Shown here: piece by piece, positions 1 to 9,062 of the stretch
Layout: each line of letters starts with the position of its first letter
Position numbering within the stretch: position 1 is the stretch's first letter
Assembly: GCA_903863935.1 (NCBI GenBank)
Contig: CAIPDV010000049.1
Location: 1,893-65,892 of the forward strand
Length of the DNA: 64,000 nt
Source of the DNA: an uncultured Bacteroidota bacterium
GTDB taxonomy: Bacteria; Bacteroidota; Bacteroidia; JABEUT01
Direction: 5' to 3'
Translations under genes and position numbers: made by a program
The notes under the pieces: model-generated
Databases searched by the model: none
The model's input: the letters and a program-made list of their open reading frames with translations, nothing else
What the model was told of the DNA's origin: nothing

Positions 1-570
1 AACATATAGGTTGAATGATAAAGTATATATGATGGCCGAGTTGATAATTTCAGTCATTGCTTTTTTATCAAGAATGGCATGGCCGAAATCATTATATAAA
101 AATCCAAGCTGTCGTTTACCTTCTACAAAATAATGCATTTCGTGATTCACAAAAATGCGGGCAATCAGATAGCCATAATCATTTGTACGGTTGTATGTAA
201 ATGAATCGGAAAGGAAGTTATAAATACTTATGGTGCCGCAATACGCATTGCCCTCATTGTTTTTTACGTAGGAATTCTGCCATACCTGATGGCTTTGATC
301 GAACATAAACACATTCGTTTGCATGTAAAACACCAGCACATCTTCGGCAACGGTTAAGTCAGCTTCAAATTCACTCTTTTCCTTATATAGGATGTTTATT
401 CTTTTATCCAGCGAAGATGCTTTATGGGAAAGATTTTTTGCGATTTCCAGCAAGGTTTCCTTCATCATAACAAAGGCATCAGCCATATTTTTCCGAACGT
501 CTAGCTGAAGGCTTGTCTTTTCTTTAAGCAGCTTTACAATAAGTTCCTCCGGTGTGAATTTTTCTGCCAT
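1..570 (-). CDS. hypothetical protein; 3' end runs off the window
   Basis: My own minus-strand translation from the ATG at 570..568 (MAEKFTPEELIVKLLKEKTSLQLDVRKNMADAF...) stays open for 190 codons to base 1. It is missing from the ORF track because there is no stop in the window. It starts 20 nt after the proS stop. Confidence 0.5.
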   Translation of the reverse strand, partial: MAEKFTPEELIVKLLKEKTSLQLDVRKNMADAFVMMKETLLEIAKNLSHKASSLDKRINILYKEKSEFEADLTVAEDVLVFYMQTNVFMFDQSHQVWQNSYVKNNEGNAYCGTISIYNFLSDSFTYNRTNDYGYLIARIFVNHEMHYFVEGKRQLGFLYNDFGHAILDKKAMTEIINSAIIYTLSFNLYV

Positions 571-590
571 GTCAGTTCATGAACTTTTAA

Positions 591-2060
591 CTAGTACGCT
601 TTAGCAAAGATAACTCTTTGTTGTGAGGGTTTACCCGAGTAAATGCATTTGCCCTCTTCCTTTTCATTGTTCAGTGGAATGCAGCGGATAGTTGCCTTGG
701 TTTCTTCTTTAATTTTTTCTTCTGTCTCAGAAGTTCCATCCCAATGTGCCAAAAGAAATCCGCCATTTTTTTCAAGGATATCTTTAAAAGTAGAGTAATC
801 ATCCACTTTCACCATCTTCTCATTGCGGAATGCCAGTGCTTTATCATACATGTTTTGCTGTATCTCGTTCAGCAGATTTTTAACATAGGCAGTAATTCCG
901 TCAATCGATACAAATTCTTTTTTCTTCAGATCGCGACGATACACTTCAACGGTTCCTTTTTCCAGATCTTTCGGACCTATGGCAAGCCTCACAGGAACAC
1001 CTTTCAGCTCATGTTCGGCAAACTTCCATCCGGGACTGCGGTTGTCGCTATCATCATATAAAGAACGAATGTTTTCCGTCTGGAATTCTTTTTTCAGTTT
1101 CGAAACAACTTCATTTATCTTCTGGTGCTGTTCCTCTTCCCTGTATATGGGGACAATTACTACCTGGTGCGGTGCAAGCATTGGTGGAAGCACAAGCCCT
1201 TCGTCATCCGAATGGGTCATTACCAATGCACCCATCAGCCTTGTTGATACACCCCATGAGGTAGCCCATACAAAGTCTGATTTTCCTTCTTTATTCAGAA
1301 ATTTTACGTCAAATGCCTTTGCGAAATTCTGTCCCAGAAAATGCGAGGTGCCCGATTGAAGAGCTTTTCCATCCTGCATTAATGATTCGATGCAATACGT
1401 TTCAACTGCACCTGCAAAACGTTCGTTGGCACTTTTCACTCCTTTCATCACCGGCATCGACATCCATTTTTCAGCAAACTCAGCATACACATCCATCATT
1501 CGGATAGTTTCTTCAATAGCTTCCTGGGCAGTTGCATGCGCTGTATGCCCTTCTTGCCATAAAAATTCGGTTGTACGCAGGAAAAGCCGGGTACGCATTT
1601 CCCATCTAACTACATTGGCCCATTGATTTATAAGTAATGGCAGATCTCTGTATGATTGTATCCAGCCTTTGTAAGTATTCCATATTATGGTTTCCGAAGT
1701 AGGGCGGATAATAAGTTCTTCTTCCAGTTTGGCAGTTTCATCAACCACAATACCGTCAGGTGAATTTTTTAGACGGTAATGGGTTACCACCGCACATTCT
1801 TTTGCAAATCCTTCAACGTGTGAAGCTTCTTTCGAGAAAAAAGATTTCGGAATTAACAATGGAAAATAAGCGTTCGAGTGCCCTGTTTCTTTAAACATGT
1901 CGTCTAATGCTCTTTGCATGCGTTCCCAAATGGCGTATCCATAAGGTTTGATTACCATGCAGCCCTTAACTGCAGAGTAGTCAGCCAGTCCGGCTTTAAT
2001 TACAATTTCGTTATACCATTGGGAATAATCTTCTGTCCTTGAAACTAGTCCTTTGCCCAT
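591..2060 (-). CDS. proS: prolyl-tRNA synthetase (archaeal/eukaryote-like class II form typical of Bacteroidota)
   Basis: 489 aa. The N-terminus ([40 protein letters not shown]) and the length match this ProRS type. Confidence 0.93.
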   Translation of the reverse strand: MGKGLVSRTEDYSQWYNEIVIKAGLADYSAVKGCMVIKPYGYAIWERMQRALDDMFKETGHSNAYFPLLIPKSFFSKEASHVEGFAKECAVVTHYRLKNSPDGIVVDETAKLEEELIIRPTSETIIWNTYKGWIQSYRDLPLLINQWANVVRWEMRTRLFLRTTEFLWQEGHTAHATAQEAIEETIRMMDVYAEFAEKWMSMPVMKGVKSANERFAGAVETYCIESLMQDGKALQSGTSHFLGQNFAKAFDVKFLNKEGKSDFVWATSWGVSTRLMGALVMTHSDDEGLVLPPMLAPHQVVIVPIYREEEQHQKINEVVSKLKKEFQTENIRSLYDDSDNRSPGWKFAEHELKGVPVRLAIGPKDLEKGTVEVYRRDLKKKEFVSIDGITAYVKNLLNEIQQNMYDKALAFRNEKMVKVDDYSTFKDILEKNGGFLLAHWDGTSETEEKIKEETKATIRCIPLNNEKEEGKCIYSGKPSQQRVIFAKAY

Positions 2061-2243
2061 AATTATTATAAAATGTTAAAAACTAAATGTTGCCCTCTTC
2101 TTCACTAAAAATTCATTTTTAATGCCTATCTTCGTATCCGTTTTAATAAAGTGCATAAAAACGTTTTTAGAGACGAACAAAAGTACACAATAAACCTTTG
2201 TTGAAACAGAAAGTCTAACCTTCGAAAACAAGACATCACACCT

Positions 2244-3671
2244 ATGAAAAACTTGCTTAAAATATCAGCGGTAGGCCTTTTATCCATTGGCCTTGCTTCC
2301 TGTGCCTCGCAGGGAAGCCTTGCAAGTCATAATAACGATGACGGTATTTACGCCTCACGCAACAATTCCGAAACCGCCTCTGCCGATTCTAAAAACACCC
2401 CTGCACCGGTAAATACCCCTACTCCTGCGAATTCCGACAGAGTTGCCTCGCAAGATAGTTATACGGCTCCTACCGATTCTTTAGGAAACCAGAATAATTC
2501 CTCAGGAGATTATTCCGATTATGATTATTCAGCCCGCATCCGCAGATATGACCAGGATTGGGGCGGATGGGCTTACTATGATAATGTTTACACAAATTCC
2601 TATTGGTATAGTTATGATCCATACCAATATGGAATGAGTATTTATATGGGTTCACCATGGTGGGGACCTGATTATTATTATTATGCTTTTGCTCCTTCCA
2701 TGTATTGGGGATGTGGCTTTGGCTGGGGTTTAGGCTTTGGTTTCGGTTGGGGCTATCCTTGGTGCGGTGGCTATGGCGGTTGGGGCTATGGCAACTGGAA
2801 CTATGGAAATTGGGGATATTGCGGAAATGGTGGTTATTATTATAATAGCTACGATCATCTTTCAGGTGGTGGCACATTCCCGGGACCAAGAACAATTAAA
2901 AACCAATCTAGCTTTGGTAATGCACGCACCGCTGCAATTTCAAGCACTTCTATGAACAGGAATAGTTCAGCTCCAGTTTCTGAGCATGGTTTTGGGCAAG
3001 CCTATCAAAGTACTATTCATGCTGAAGCAGCAAATGGTTCTAAGAGTATAATTGGTTCATCCAGCGGAGCTATGCACATTGCACCGAATGCATTTGCTTC
3101 GAAAAATACTTCATCAACTAAATCAACACAGACTTCACAGGCAAGAACAGCCGGAAATAATTTTTCGAATACAACTAAACCAGCAGTTTCTTCAGCGAAT
3201 AATAATGCAAGAAGTAATACGAATGCAAATACTGCACCAAGAAGTGCCAATAATTCGAATGCTAACAGAAGTGTAAATCCTCAGCAAAGACAATATACCG
3301 GCAACAACCGCAATTATTCAAATAATAATTCAAGGTACAGCAACAATTCTCAACGGTATAATAATTCGAATGCTAACCATTCCAATGGTAATAACAATAG
3401 GCAAAGCAACGGATATAGCAATTCACAACGATACAATTCACGCGGCAGCAATGGCGGTGGTGGACAACAACGCGGATATAGCAACGGCGGCGGACAAAGA
3501 GGCTATGGAGGTAGCGGAAATAGTGGCGGCAGCAGATCATATGGCGGCGGTGGACGTTCCAGCGGAGGCAATAGTGGCGGCGGCGGCAGATCATCCGGTG
3601 GAGGAGGAGGCGGTGGCGGCCATGCAAGTGGTGGCGGCGGTGGTGGACACTCAGGAGGAGGTCACAGGTAA
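2244..3671 (+). CDS. low-complexity lipoprotein with a Trp/Tyr/Gly-rich core and an Asn/Gln/Ser/Arg/Gly tail
   Basis: Lipobox LSIGLASC. Core GFGWGLGFGFGWGYPWCGGYGGWGYGNWNYGNWGY. The last ~170 aa are N/S/Q/R/G only and end GGGGGGGGHASGGGGGGHSGGGHR. Confidence 0.75.
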   Translation: MKNLLKISAVGLLSIGLASCASQGSLASHNNDDGIYASRNNSETASADSKNTPAPVNTPTPANSDRVASQDSYTAPTDSLGNQNNSSGDYSDYDYSARIRRYDQDWGGWAYYDNVYTNSYWYSYDPYQYGMSIYMGSPWWGPDYYYYAFAPSMYWGCGFGWGLGFGFGWGYPWCGGYGGWGYGNWNYGNWGYCGNGGYYYNSYDHLSGGGTFPGPRTIKNQSSFGNARTAAISSTSMNRNSSAPVSEHGFGQAYQSTIHAEAANGSKSIIGSSSGAMHIAPNAFASKNTSSTKSTQTSQARTAGNNFSNTTKPAVSSANNNARSNTNANTAPRSANNSNANRSVNPQQRQYTGNNRNYSNNNSRYSNNSQRYNNSNANHSNGNNNRQSNGYSNSQRYNSRGSNGGGGQQRGYSNGGGQRGYGGSGNSGGSRSYGGGGRSSGGNSGGGGRSSGGGGGGGGHASGGGGGGHSGGGHR

Positions 3672-3712
3672 TAACTAAATGATTTATAATTCTAACAATA
3701 AAACCCGATAAA

Positions 3713-5338
3713 ATGAGAAGGTTCTTATATGCGGCATGCCTTATTTCAGCAATAACACCGCTTAAAACGATGGCTCAGTTAGGTGAAGCCGATGCTTTAC
3801 GTTATTCCCAGGACATTTTGGGAGGAACAGCCCGCAATGCATCTATGGGCGGAGCATTTGGCGCAGTAGGTGGAGATTTAAGCTCACTTGGATATAACCC
3901 GGCCGGTATTGCCGTTTATACCAAAAACCAACTTGAATTTACACCGGGCATTACTTTTCAAACTACCAATGCAAATACAAATGGAGTATCCGCATCTAAC
4001 CAATCAAATACTCCTACAGTGCAAAGTGTTGGTATTGTTGGAACAGGTATTGTAAGGAAAAGAGATAAAGACGACGTGGGTGGATGGAAAAGCTATAACT
4101 TTGGTTTTGCATATAACCGCCTGAATAACTTTAATGATAATGTAACCATTCAGGGTTATAACCATTCCGGTACATACCTTGATAACTTAACTAATCAGGC
4201 TAATGGTACTAACTATAATAATCTCTATCAATACACTACAAGTCCTGCATTTTACTCCGGTTTGTTAGACACCTTTTCCGGTTCTAATGCTTCCGAGTAC
4301 TTTAATATAATTCATCCATCGCTTGCTACCAATGCGGGTAATTATATTACCCAGACTGAAAATATTAGTACTACAGGTTCAATGGGCGAATCGGATTTTA
4401 CTTTTGGCGGTAATTACAATGATAAACTGTTCATAGGGGCTACTATTGGAATTGTTGATGCAAACTACAGCCTCACTGATAACTATACAGAAGCTGCTAA
4501 TTACACCGATGCAACATATGGGTTTCAGAATTATACACTTACCCAGAACTTAACTACCGCTGGGGTAGGGTATAATGTTAAGATTGGGTTTATTTATCGT
4601 CTTATGGATTGGTTAAGAATAGGCGGGGCGGTTCATTCTCCTACATTCTTTAATATGAGTGACAATTATTCAACCAACTGGACTGTAACCTACGGAACTT
4701 CCCCATATTCAGGAAATGGCGGAACTGTTACAACGTATCCTGATTACACTCCATTAGGAGGTCAAACTTCCTACAACTATAACCTCACAACTCCCATAAA
4801 GGCTATTGGAAGTGTTGCTGTTATCATAAACAAACAAGGAATTTTTAGTGCAGATTATGAATATGTGGATTATAAAACAATGAGCACAAATTCATCTGAT
4901 CCGAATTTAGCTAATGGGTATACCAGCCAGTTAAATACCGCAATAAATCAGGATTTTGTTCAGGCCAATAATTTAAAATTTGGCTTTGAGTGGGTGCTTT
5001 ATCCTGTGAGTTTCCGAGCCGGCTATGCTATTTATGGCAATCCTTTCAATAATAATACAGTTGGGTTTACTTCTGTCCGAAATACATATTCTGCTGGTGT
5101 GGGGCTTAAGGTAAATAAAGTGTCATTCGATTTTGCGTACACCTTAATGCAGTATAGTGAGAACTACCAATATTATTCCGGGGCTCCTCTTACAACTTTG
5201 AAAACTAACCTTTCAAATTTAATTTTCACACTCGCCTATACATTTGGTCCGCCAAAGAATCATATTTCACGCAGAGAAAGGTTCAGGAATTACCCGCCAC
5301 CACCTCCGCCGCCACCGCCTCCTCCGGGGTCATACTAA
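3713..5338 (+). CDS. outer-membrane beta-barrel protein (FadL/OmpP1-like) with a poly-proline C-terminal tail
   Basis: Signal peptide. The N-terminal motif ALRYSQDILGGTARNASMGGAFGAVGGD...NPAGIA is typical of Bacteroidota FadL-like barrels. A beta-signal-like LIFTLAYTF is followed by a 31-aa extension. Confidence 0.7.
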   Translation: MRRFLYAACLISAITPLKTMAQLGEADALRYSQDILGGTARNASMGGAFGAVGGDLSSLGYNPAGIAVYTKNQLEFTPGITFQTTNANTNGVSASNQSNTPTVQSVGIVGTGIVRKRDKDDVGGWKSYNFGFAYNRLNNFNDNVTIQGYNHSGTYLDNLTNQANGTNYNNLYQYTTSPAFYSGLLDTFSGSNASEYFNIIHPSLATNAGNYITQTENISTTGSMGESDFTFGGNYNDKLFIGATIGIVDANYSLTDNYTEAANYTDATYGFQNYTLTQNLTTAGVGYNVKIGFIYRLMDWLRIGGAVHSPTFFNMSDNYSTNWTVTYGTSPYSGNGGTVTTYPDYTPLGGQTSYNYNLTTPIKAIGSVAVIINKQGIFSADYEYVDYKTMSTNSSDPNLANGYTSQLNTAINQDFVQANNLKFGFEWVLYPVSFRAGYAIYGNPFNNNTVGFTSVRNTYSAGVGLKVNKVSFDFAYTLMQYSENYQYYSGAPLTTLKTNLSNLIFTLAYTFGPPKNHISRRERFRNYPPPPPPPPPPPGSY

Positions 5339-5352
5339 TTGATTAATCAAAC

Positions 5353-5388
5353 ACACCTGCAACTAAAAGATGCGGGTGTTTTTGTTTT
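5353..5388 (+). terminator. intrinsic terminator after the 2244-5338 gene pair
   Basis: Stem acacctgca/tgcgggtgt (9 bp, one G-U pair), then ttttgtttt. Confidence 0.6.
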
Positions 5389-5408
5389 GTGCTGGTATTG
5401 CCTTTGAA

Positions 5409-5556
5409 TTGCCACGACCTTTAGGTCGTGGATAGAATAGAGTGAATGGATTGGCTTTAGCCTAACTTTGTCAAAGTATTAATAATTATTTAGGCTAAAG
5501 CCTTATCACTTGTTGTTTTCTAATCCACGACCTAAAGGTCGTGGCAACTAAAAAAA
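5409..5556 (+). repeat. MITE-like nested-palindrome element, copy 1
   Basis: 25-bp terminal inverted repeats ttgccacgacctttaggtcgtggat / atccacgacctaaaggtcgtggcaa, each itself a hairpin. Inner inverted repeat ggctttagcctaa / ttaggctaaagcc. The second copy is at 63009-63159. Confidence 0.75.
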
Positions 5557-5570
5557 TCAACTTTAAGATT

Positions 5571-6809
5571 TTATTTCTTCGTATCCAAATGAAGCGTGCG
5601 TAGGGTTTTAGCTCTTAGGTACGTAAATCCTACAACCAGAATAGTCATCGAGCCACCGAAGATTACTGAAGGAACCAGGCCCATTAGTTTGGCCACAGCA
5701 CCCGATTCAAACTCTCCAATTTCATTGGATGACCCAATAAATATATTGTTGACGGATGAAACCCTCCCGCGCATTTCATCGGGTGTGCGGAGTTGGAGGA
5801 TAGTTGCTCGAATGATTACACTCACACTGTCGAAAGCACCGCTAAGAGCAAGTAAAAAAACAGAAAGAATAAGATTGGTAGATAAAGCAAATAATATCAT
5901 GCAAATACCGAAACCAATAACTGCAAGCAGCATATTCCTCCCCGCATTGCGGAAGGGCGGACGGTAGATCATAAACGTACCCATAATAACTGCTCCAATT
6001 GATGGTGCTGCCCGTAGCATACCCAATCCCATTGGGCCGGCATGCAGAATAAGTTTAGAGAAAAGTGGTAGTAAGGCAACTGCTCCGCCAAAAAGTACGG
6101 CAAACAAATCCAATGACAGCGCACCCAATATAGCCTGGTCACTAAAGACAAACTTTATACCCGTAGAAAGGCTTTGGAACAAGGGTTCTTTTTTTACCCG
6201 TTCCGGTATCGGTCTGGATTTAATAAAGGCGAAAAGTATCAATGAAATCAGGATCAGTATAAAATCAGTCAGGTAGCTTTTACCAACTCCTATCAATCCG
6301 AATAGAACACCACCAATTGCAGGACCTGTAATGGCTCCAATCTGCCAGGCAGTGCTGTTCCATGTTGTTGCGTTGGGGTAGGTTTCGCGGGGCACAATTT
6401 GAGACAGAAAAGCAAAAAAGGAAGGTGCTATAAATGCCCTCGCTATCCCCGTAAAAAAGATAATGGCATAAATAGGCCAGATACCATATTGATAAAAGAT
6501 TGCCCCATTATTCAACGTGAGTAAAAACAAAATGAAAGTGGAAACACTCATAATACTGGTGGAAATTACAATGATTCTTTTCCGTGGTACAATATCTGCC
6601 ACATGGCCGGCAAAAAGGGCTGTTGAGATAAAAGGTATTGCCTCGGTAAGGCCAATCATACCAAACCAGAATGGGTCCTTAGTATATTCCAGAATTTGCC
6701 AGCCCACAATAACGCCCTGCATTTGAGTAGCAATGGTGAGCAAAAGCCGGGCCATTGCAAAAAGCCTGAAGTCGGAATTTTTTAATGAAACATAGGGATC
6801 ATTTGCCAC
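5571..6809 (-). CDS. MFS transporter
   Basis: 412 aa, about 12 TM segments, N-terminus typical of the MFS_3/EntS-like group. Confidence 0.8.
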   Translation of the reverse strand: MANDPYVSLKNSDFRLFAMARLLLTIATQMQGVIVGWQILEYTKDPFWFGMIGLTEAIPFISTALFAGHVADIVPRKRIIVISTSIMSVSTFILFLLTLNNGAIFYQYGIWPIYAIIFFTGIARAFIAPSFFAFLSQIVPRETYPNATTWNSTAWQIGAITGPAIGGVLFGLIGVGKSYLTDFILILISLILFAFIKSRPIPERVKKEPLFQSLSTGIKFVFSDQAILGALSLDLFAVLFGGAVALLPLFSKLILHAGPMGLGMLRAAPSIGAVIMGTFMIYRPPFRNAGRNMLLAVIGFGICMILFALSTNLILSVFLLALSGAFDSVSVIIRATILQLRTPDEMRGRVSSVNNIFIGSSNEIGEFESGAVAKLMGLVPSVIFGGSMTILVVGFTYLRAKTLRTLHLDTKK

Positions 6810-6903
6810 AAGCTGTTATCTTTGATGAGTTCTTGCACAAATTTACAATCTTAATTTATGCAGGAATTTTGAGCAGGGTTTATTTATAAACAATAAGGTA
6901 TTC

Positions 6904-8121
6904 ATGCGATATTTCAGTTTAATAATAGTACTCGTATTTTTCAGTGATATGACCGCGCAAACATGGGAACCTGTTGGGACAGGTGTTACCCGTTCTGATT
7001 TAGATTATGATGCCGTAATGGCACTTTACCCTTTCCATAACAAACTTTACATTGGAGGAAAATTTGTTTACTCTGGAAATAGAAAAGTAAACAGCCTCGC
7101 AAGTTGGAATGGAACTAAGATTGATACGGTTGGAACGGGATTAGATTCTATTGTAAGTGCATTTACTGAATACAAAGGTCAACTTTGTATCGGAGGTGGA
7201 TTCTATCATAGAGCCTTACTGGTGCGTAGGGCAGCCAATGTAATATTATGGAACGATTCAACAGGAGTTTGGACAGGAATGGGAGCGGGGCTTGATGATT
7301 GTAAATCTTGTCCGCTTTTTCCAAAAGTGACAACTCTTAATGTTTATAATGGGGAGTTAATGGCAGGAGGTGCGCATACAGGGTGGTCTGCGGAAAATAA
7401 TTTAGTTACTTTGACTAAATGGACAGGGGACAAGTGGCTCCCACTTTACAATAACTCAAAAATTTATAATATTTCAAATACTGGTCAATATATATCTTCA
7501 TCAACAATTTACAATGGTAAACTTTATTTTGGCTACGAAGATGCTTATTCTATGAATGCACATAAAAATGCTGTGATGATATGGGACGGAACTCAATTGA
7601 AGTCAATAAGTGGCAGTTTAGCAATAAATAATAAAATTACAATTAATCTAGGTGCATGGGTTTTAGCTATGACTGTTTATAATGGAGATTTATATATTGG
7701 AGGATTTATGAGAATAGGTCCAGGCAATAACCCTTTAAATGGTATTATGAAATGCAACGATACAGTTTTAACTGAGGTAGGGAAAGGAGTGAATGGATAT
7801 GTGAATTCAATGGCAGTTTATAATGGAAAACTATATGTTGGGGGTGTTTTTGACAGTGCAGGTGGTAAACCTGCAAGAAACATAGCTGTTTGGGATGGTA
7901 AGGAATGGTCGGCTGTTGGGAATGGGTTAGAAGCGAATCCCAAACATGATTTTAAAGGAAATGTAACTTTCAGGGGCAGAGTGGCTGCATTGGCAGTTTA
8001 CAAAAACGAACTCTATGCCGGAGGCACATTTGATTTTTCAGGCACTACACCTTTAAATAATCTTGCAAAATTGAAGTTGGATAGGCATGATATAAAACCA
8101 AAACCGAGGAAAAAGAAATGA
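6904..8121 (+). CDS. secreted beta-propeller-like repeat protein (VYNGxLYxGGxF repeats) without a T9SS C-terminal domain
   Basis: Signal peptide plus repeated W(N/D)GxxW...VYNGKLYVGGVFDSAGG units. It is a paralogue of 35041-36387 but ends ...NNLAKLKLDRHDIKPKPRKKK. Confidence 0.7.
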   Translation: MRYFSLIIVLVFFSDMTAQTWEPVGTGVTRSDLDYDAVMALYPFHNKLYIGGKFVYSGNRKVNSLASWNGTKIDTVGTGLDSIVSAFTEYKGQLCIGGGFYHRALLVRRAANVILWNDSTGVWTGMGAGLDDCKSCPLFPKVTTLNVYNGELMAGGAHTGWSAENNLVTLTKWTGDKWLPLYNNSKIYNISNTGQYISSSTIYNGKLYFGYEDAYSMNAHKNAVMIWDGTQLKSISGSLAINNKITINLGAWVLAMTVYNGDLYIGGFMRIGPGNNPLNGIMKCNDTVLTEVGKGVNGYVNSMAVYNGKLYVGGVFDSAGGKPARNIAVWDGKEWSAVGNGLEANPKHDFKGNVTFRGRVAALAVYKNELYAGGTFDFSGTTPLNNLAKLKLDRHDIKPKPRKKK

Positions 8122-8127
8122 TGAAAT

Positions 8128-8296
8128 AATGTCACCCTTTCAGGGTTAGATAAATCTCGATTTATTCCTAAGACTATAAAAATACCATCCCACAGGGATT
8201 TACTTGAAGAATTAAGGGTAATCCCGAAGGGATAATATTTTTATAACAATCCAATTATGTTGTTTTTACCGGAACCCCGAAGGGGTGGCATTATAA
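8128..8296. repeat. REP-like hairpin cluster (left flank)
   Basis: Hairpins accct-ttc-agggt (8134), atccc-aca-gggat (8187), atccc-gaa-gggat (8221), acccc-gaa-ggggt (8274). 8173-8201 and 8217-8247 are inverted copies of each other. Confidence 0.7.
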
Positions 8297-8303
8297 ACCC
8301 AAT

Positions 8304-8765
8304 TCAATTTAACCATTCAAATAAATATCGTTCGTCAAATGTTATTTCAAATTCTTTTAAAAGCCCCAAATATTCTTCTTTAAATGTTTTCTTTTTATGA
8401 TGTTCTTCTTGCTTTAGGATATAATTGTAAACCGTTTCAATATCTCTATGTGAATAGGAAAATGAACCATATCCTTCCTGCCATGAAAATCTTCCTTTGA
8501 CAAATTTTTTGTCATTTATAAAATTAGAGGAGTTGTTTTTAATATCCCTTACCAAATCTGATATTGCCATTGAAGGCCGCAATCCTACAAAAGCGTGAAT
8601 ATGGTCAGGCATACCATTAACGATAATCGGTTTTTGTTCTTTTGCCTTTATAATTCCGGCAATGTATTTATTAAGTTCCTCATGCCAGGTTTTACTTATT
8701 AAGTTTTCTCTGCCTTTAACAGCAAATATTATTTGAATATAAACCTGAGAGAATGTTCCTGCCAT
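8304..8765 (-). CDS. IS200-like Y1 HUH tyrosine transposase (REP-associated, RAYT-like; COG1943 type)
   Basis: HUH motif in MPDHIHAFVG. Tyr region VYNYILKQEEHHKKKTF. The likely start is MAGTFSQVYIQIIFAVKGR (ATG at 8765); the ORF track extends to 8783. Confidence 0.82.
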   Translation of the reverse strand: MAGTFSQVYIQIIFAVKGRENLISKTWHEELNKYIAGIIKAKEQKPIIVNGMPDHIHAFVGLRPSMAISDLVRDIKNNSSNFINDKKFVKGRFSWQEGYGSFSYSHRDIETVYNYILKQEEHHKKKTFKEEYLGLLKEFEITFDERYLFEWLN

Positions 8766-8840
8766 AATATTCTGATTTAGCAATTCATAAACAAATCTAG
8801 AGAAAATATAGAATTGTGGATTGAAACGAGCAATAATAAT

Positions 8841-9038
8841 GTAACCCCGAAGGGGTGAAATTAGTGTAAAAATGTCACCCTTTCAGGGTTAAATTATTTC
8901 GATTTACAACCTTCTATAATAATGCCACCCCTTCGGGGTTAACATAAAATTAATCTTCTATCATTTCTATAAAAATACCATCCCTTCGGGATTTATTGCA
9001 CGACGTTTTTATTCCCGAAGGGATGGTATTTTTATAAC
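8841..9038. repeat. REP-like hairpin cluster (right flank)
   Basis: aaccccgaaggggtg (8843), aatgtcaccctttcagggtta (8871), ccaccccttcggggtt (8925). The pair 8966-8996 / 9008-9038 is an inverted doublet with cTTCGg / cGAAg loops. Confidence 0.7.
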
Positions 9039-9062
9039 TATACAATAACAACAAATTTATTT

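Noticed and set aside
2470-3678. Multiple alternative-frame and antisense ORFs inside the low-complexity lipoprotein gene
   Set aside because: Repetitive GGN/AAY codon runs keep other frames open. Only the + frame has a lipoprotein signal and a sensible start and stop context.
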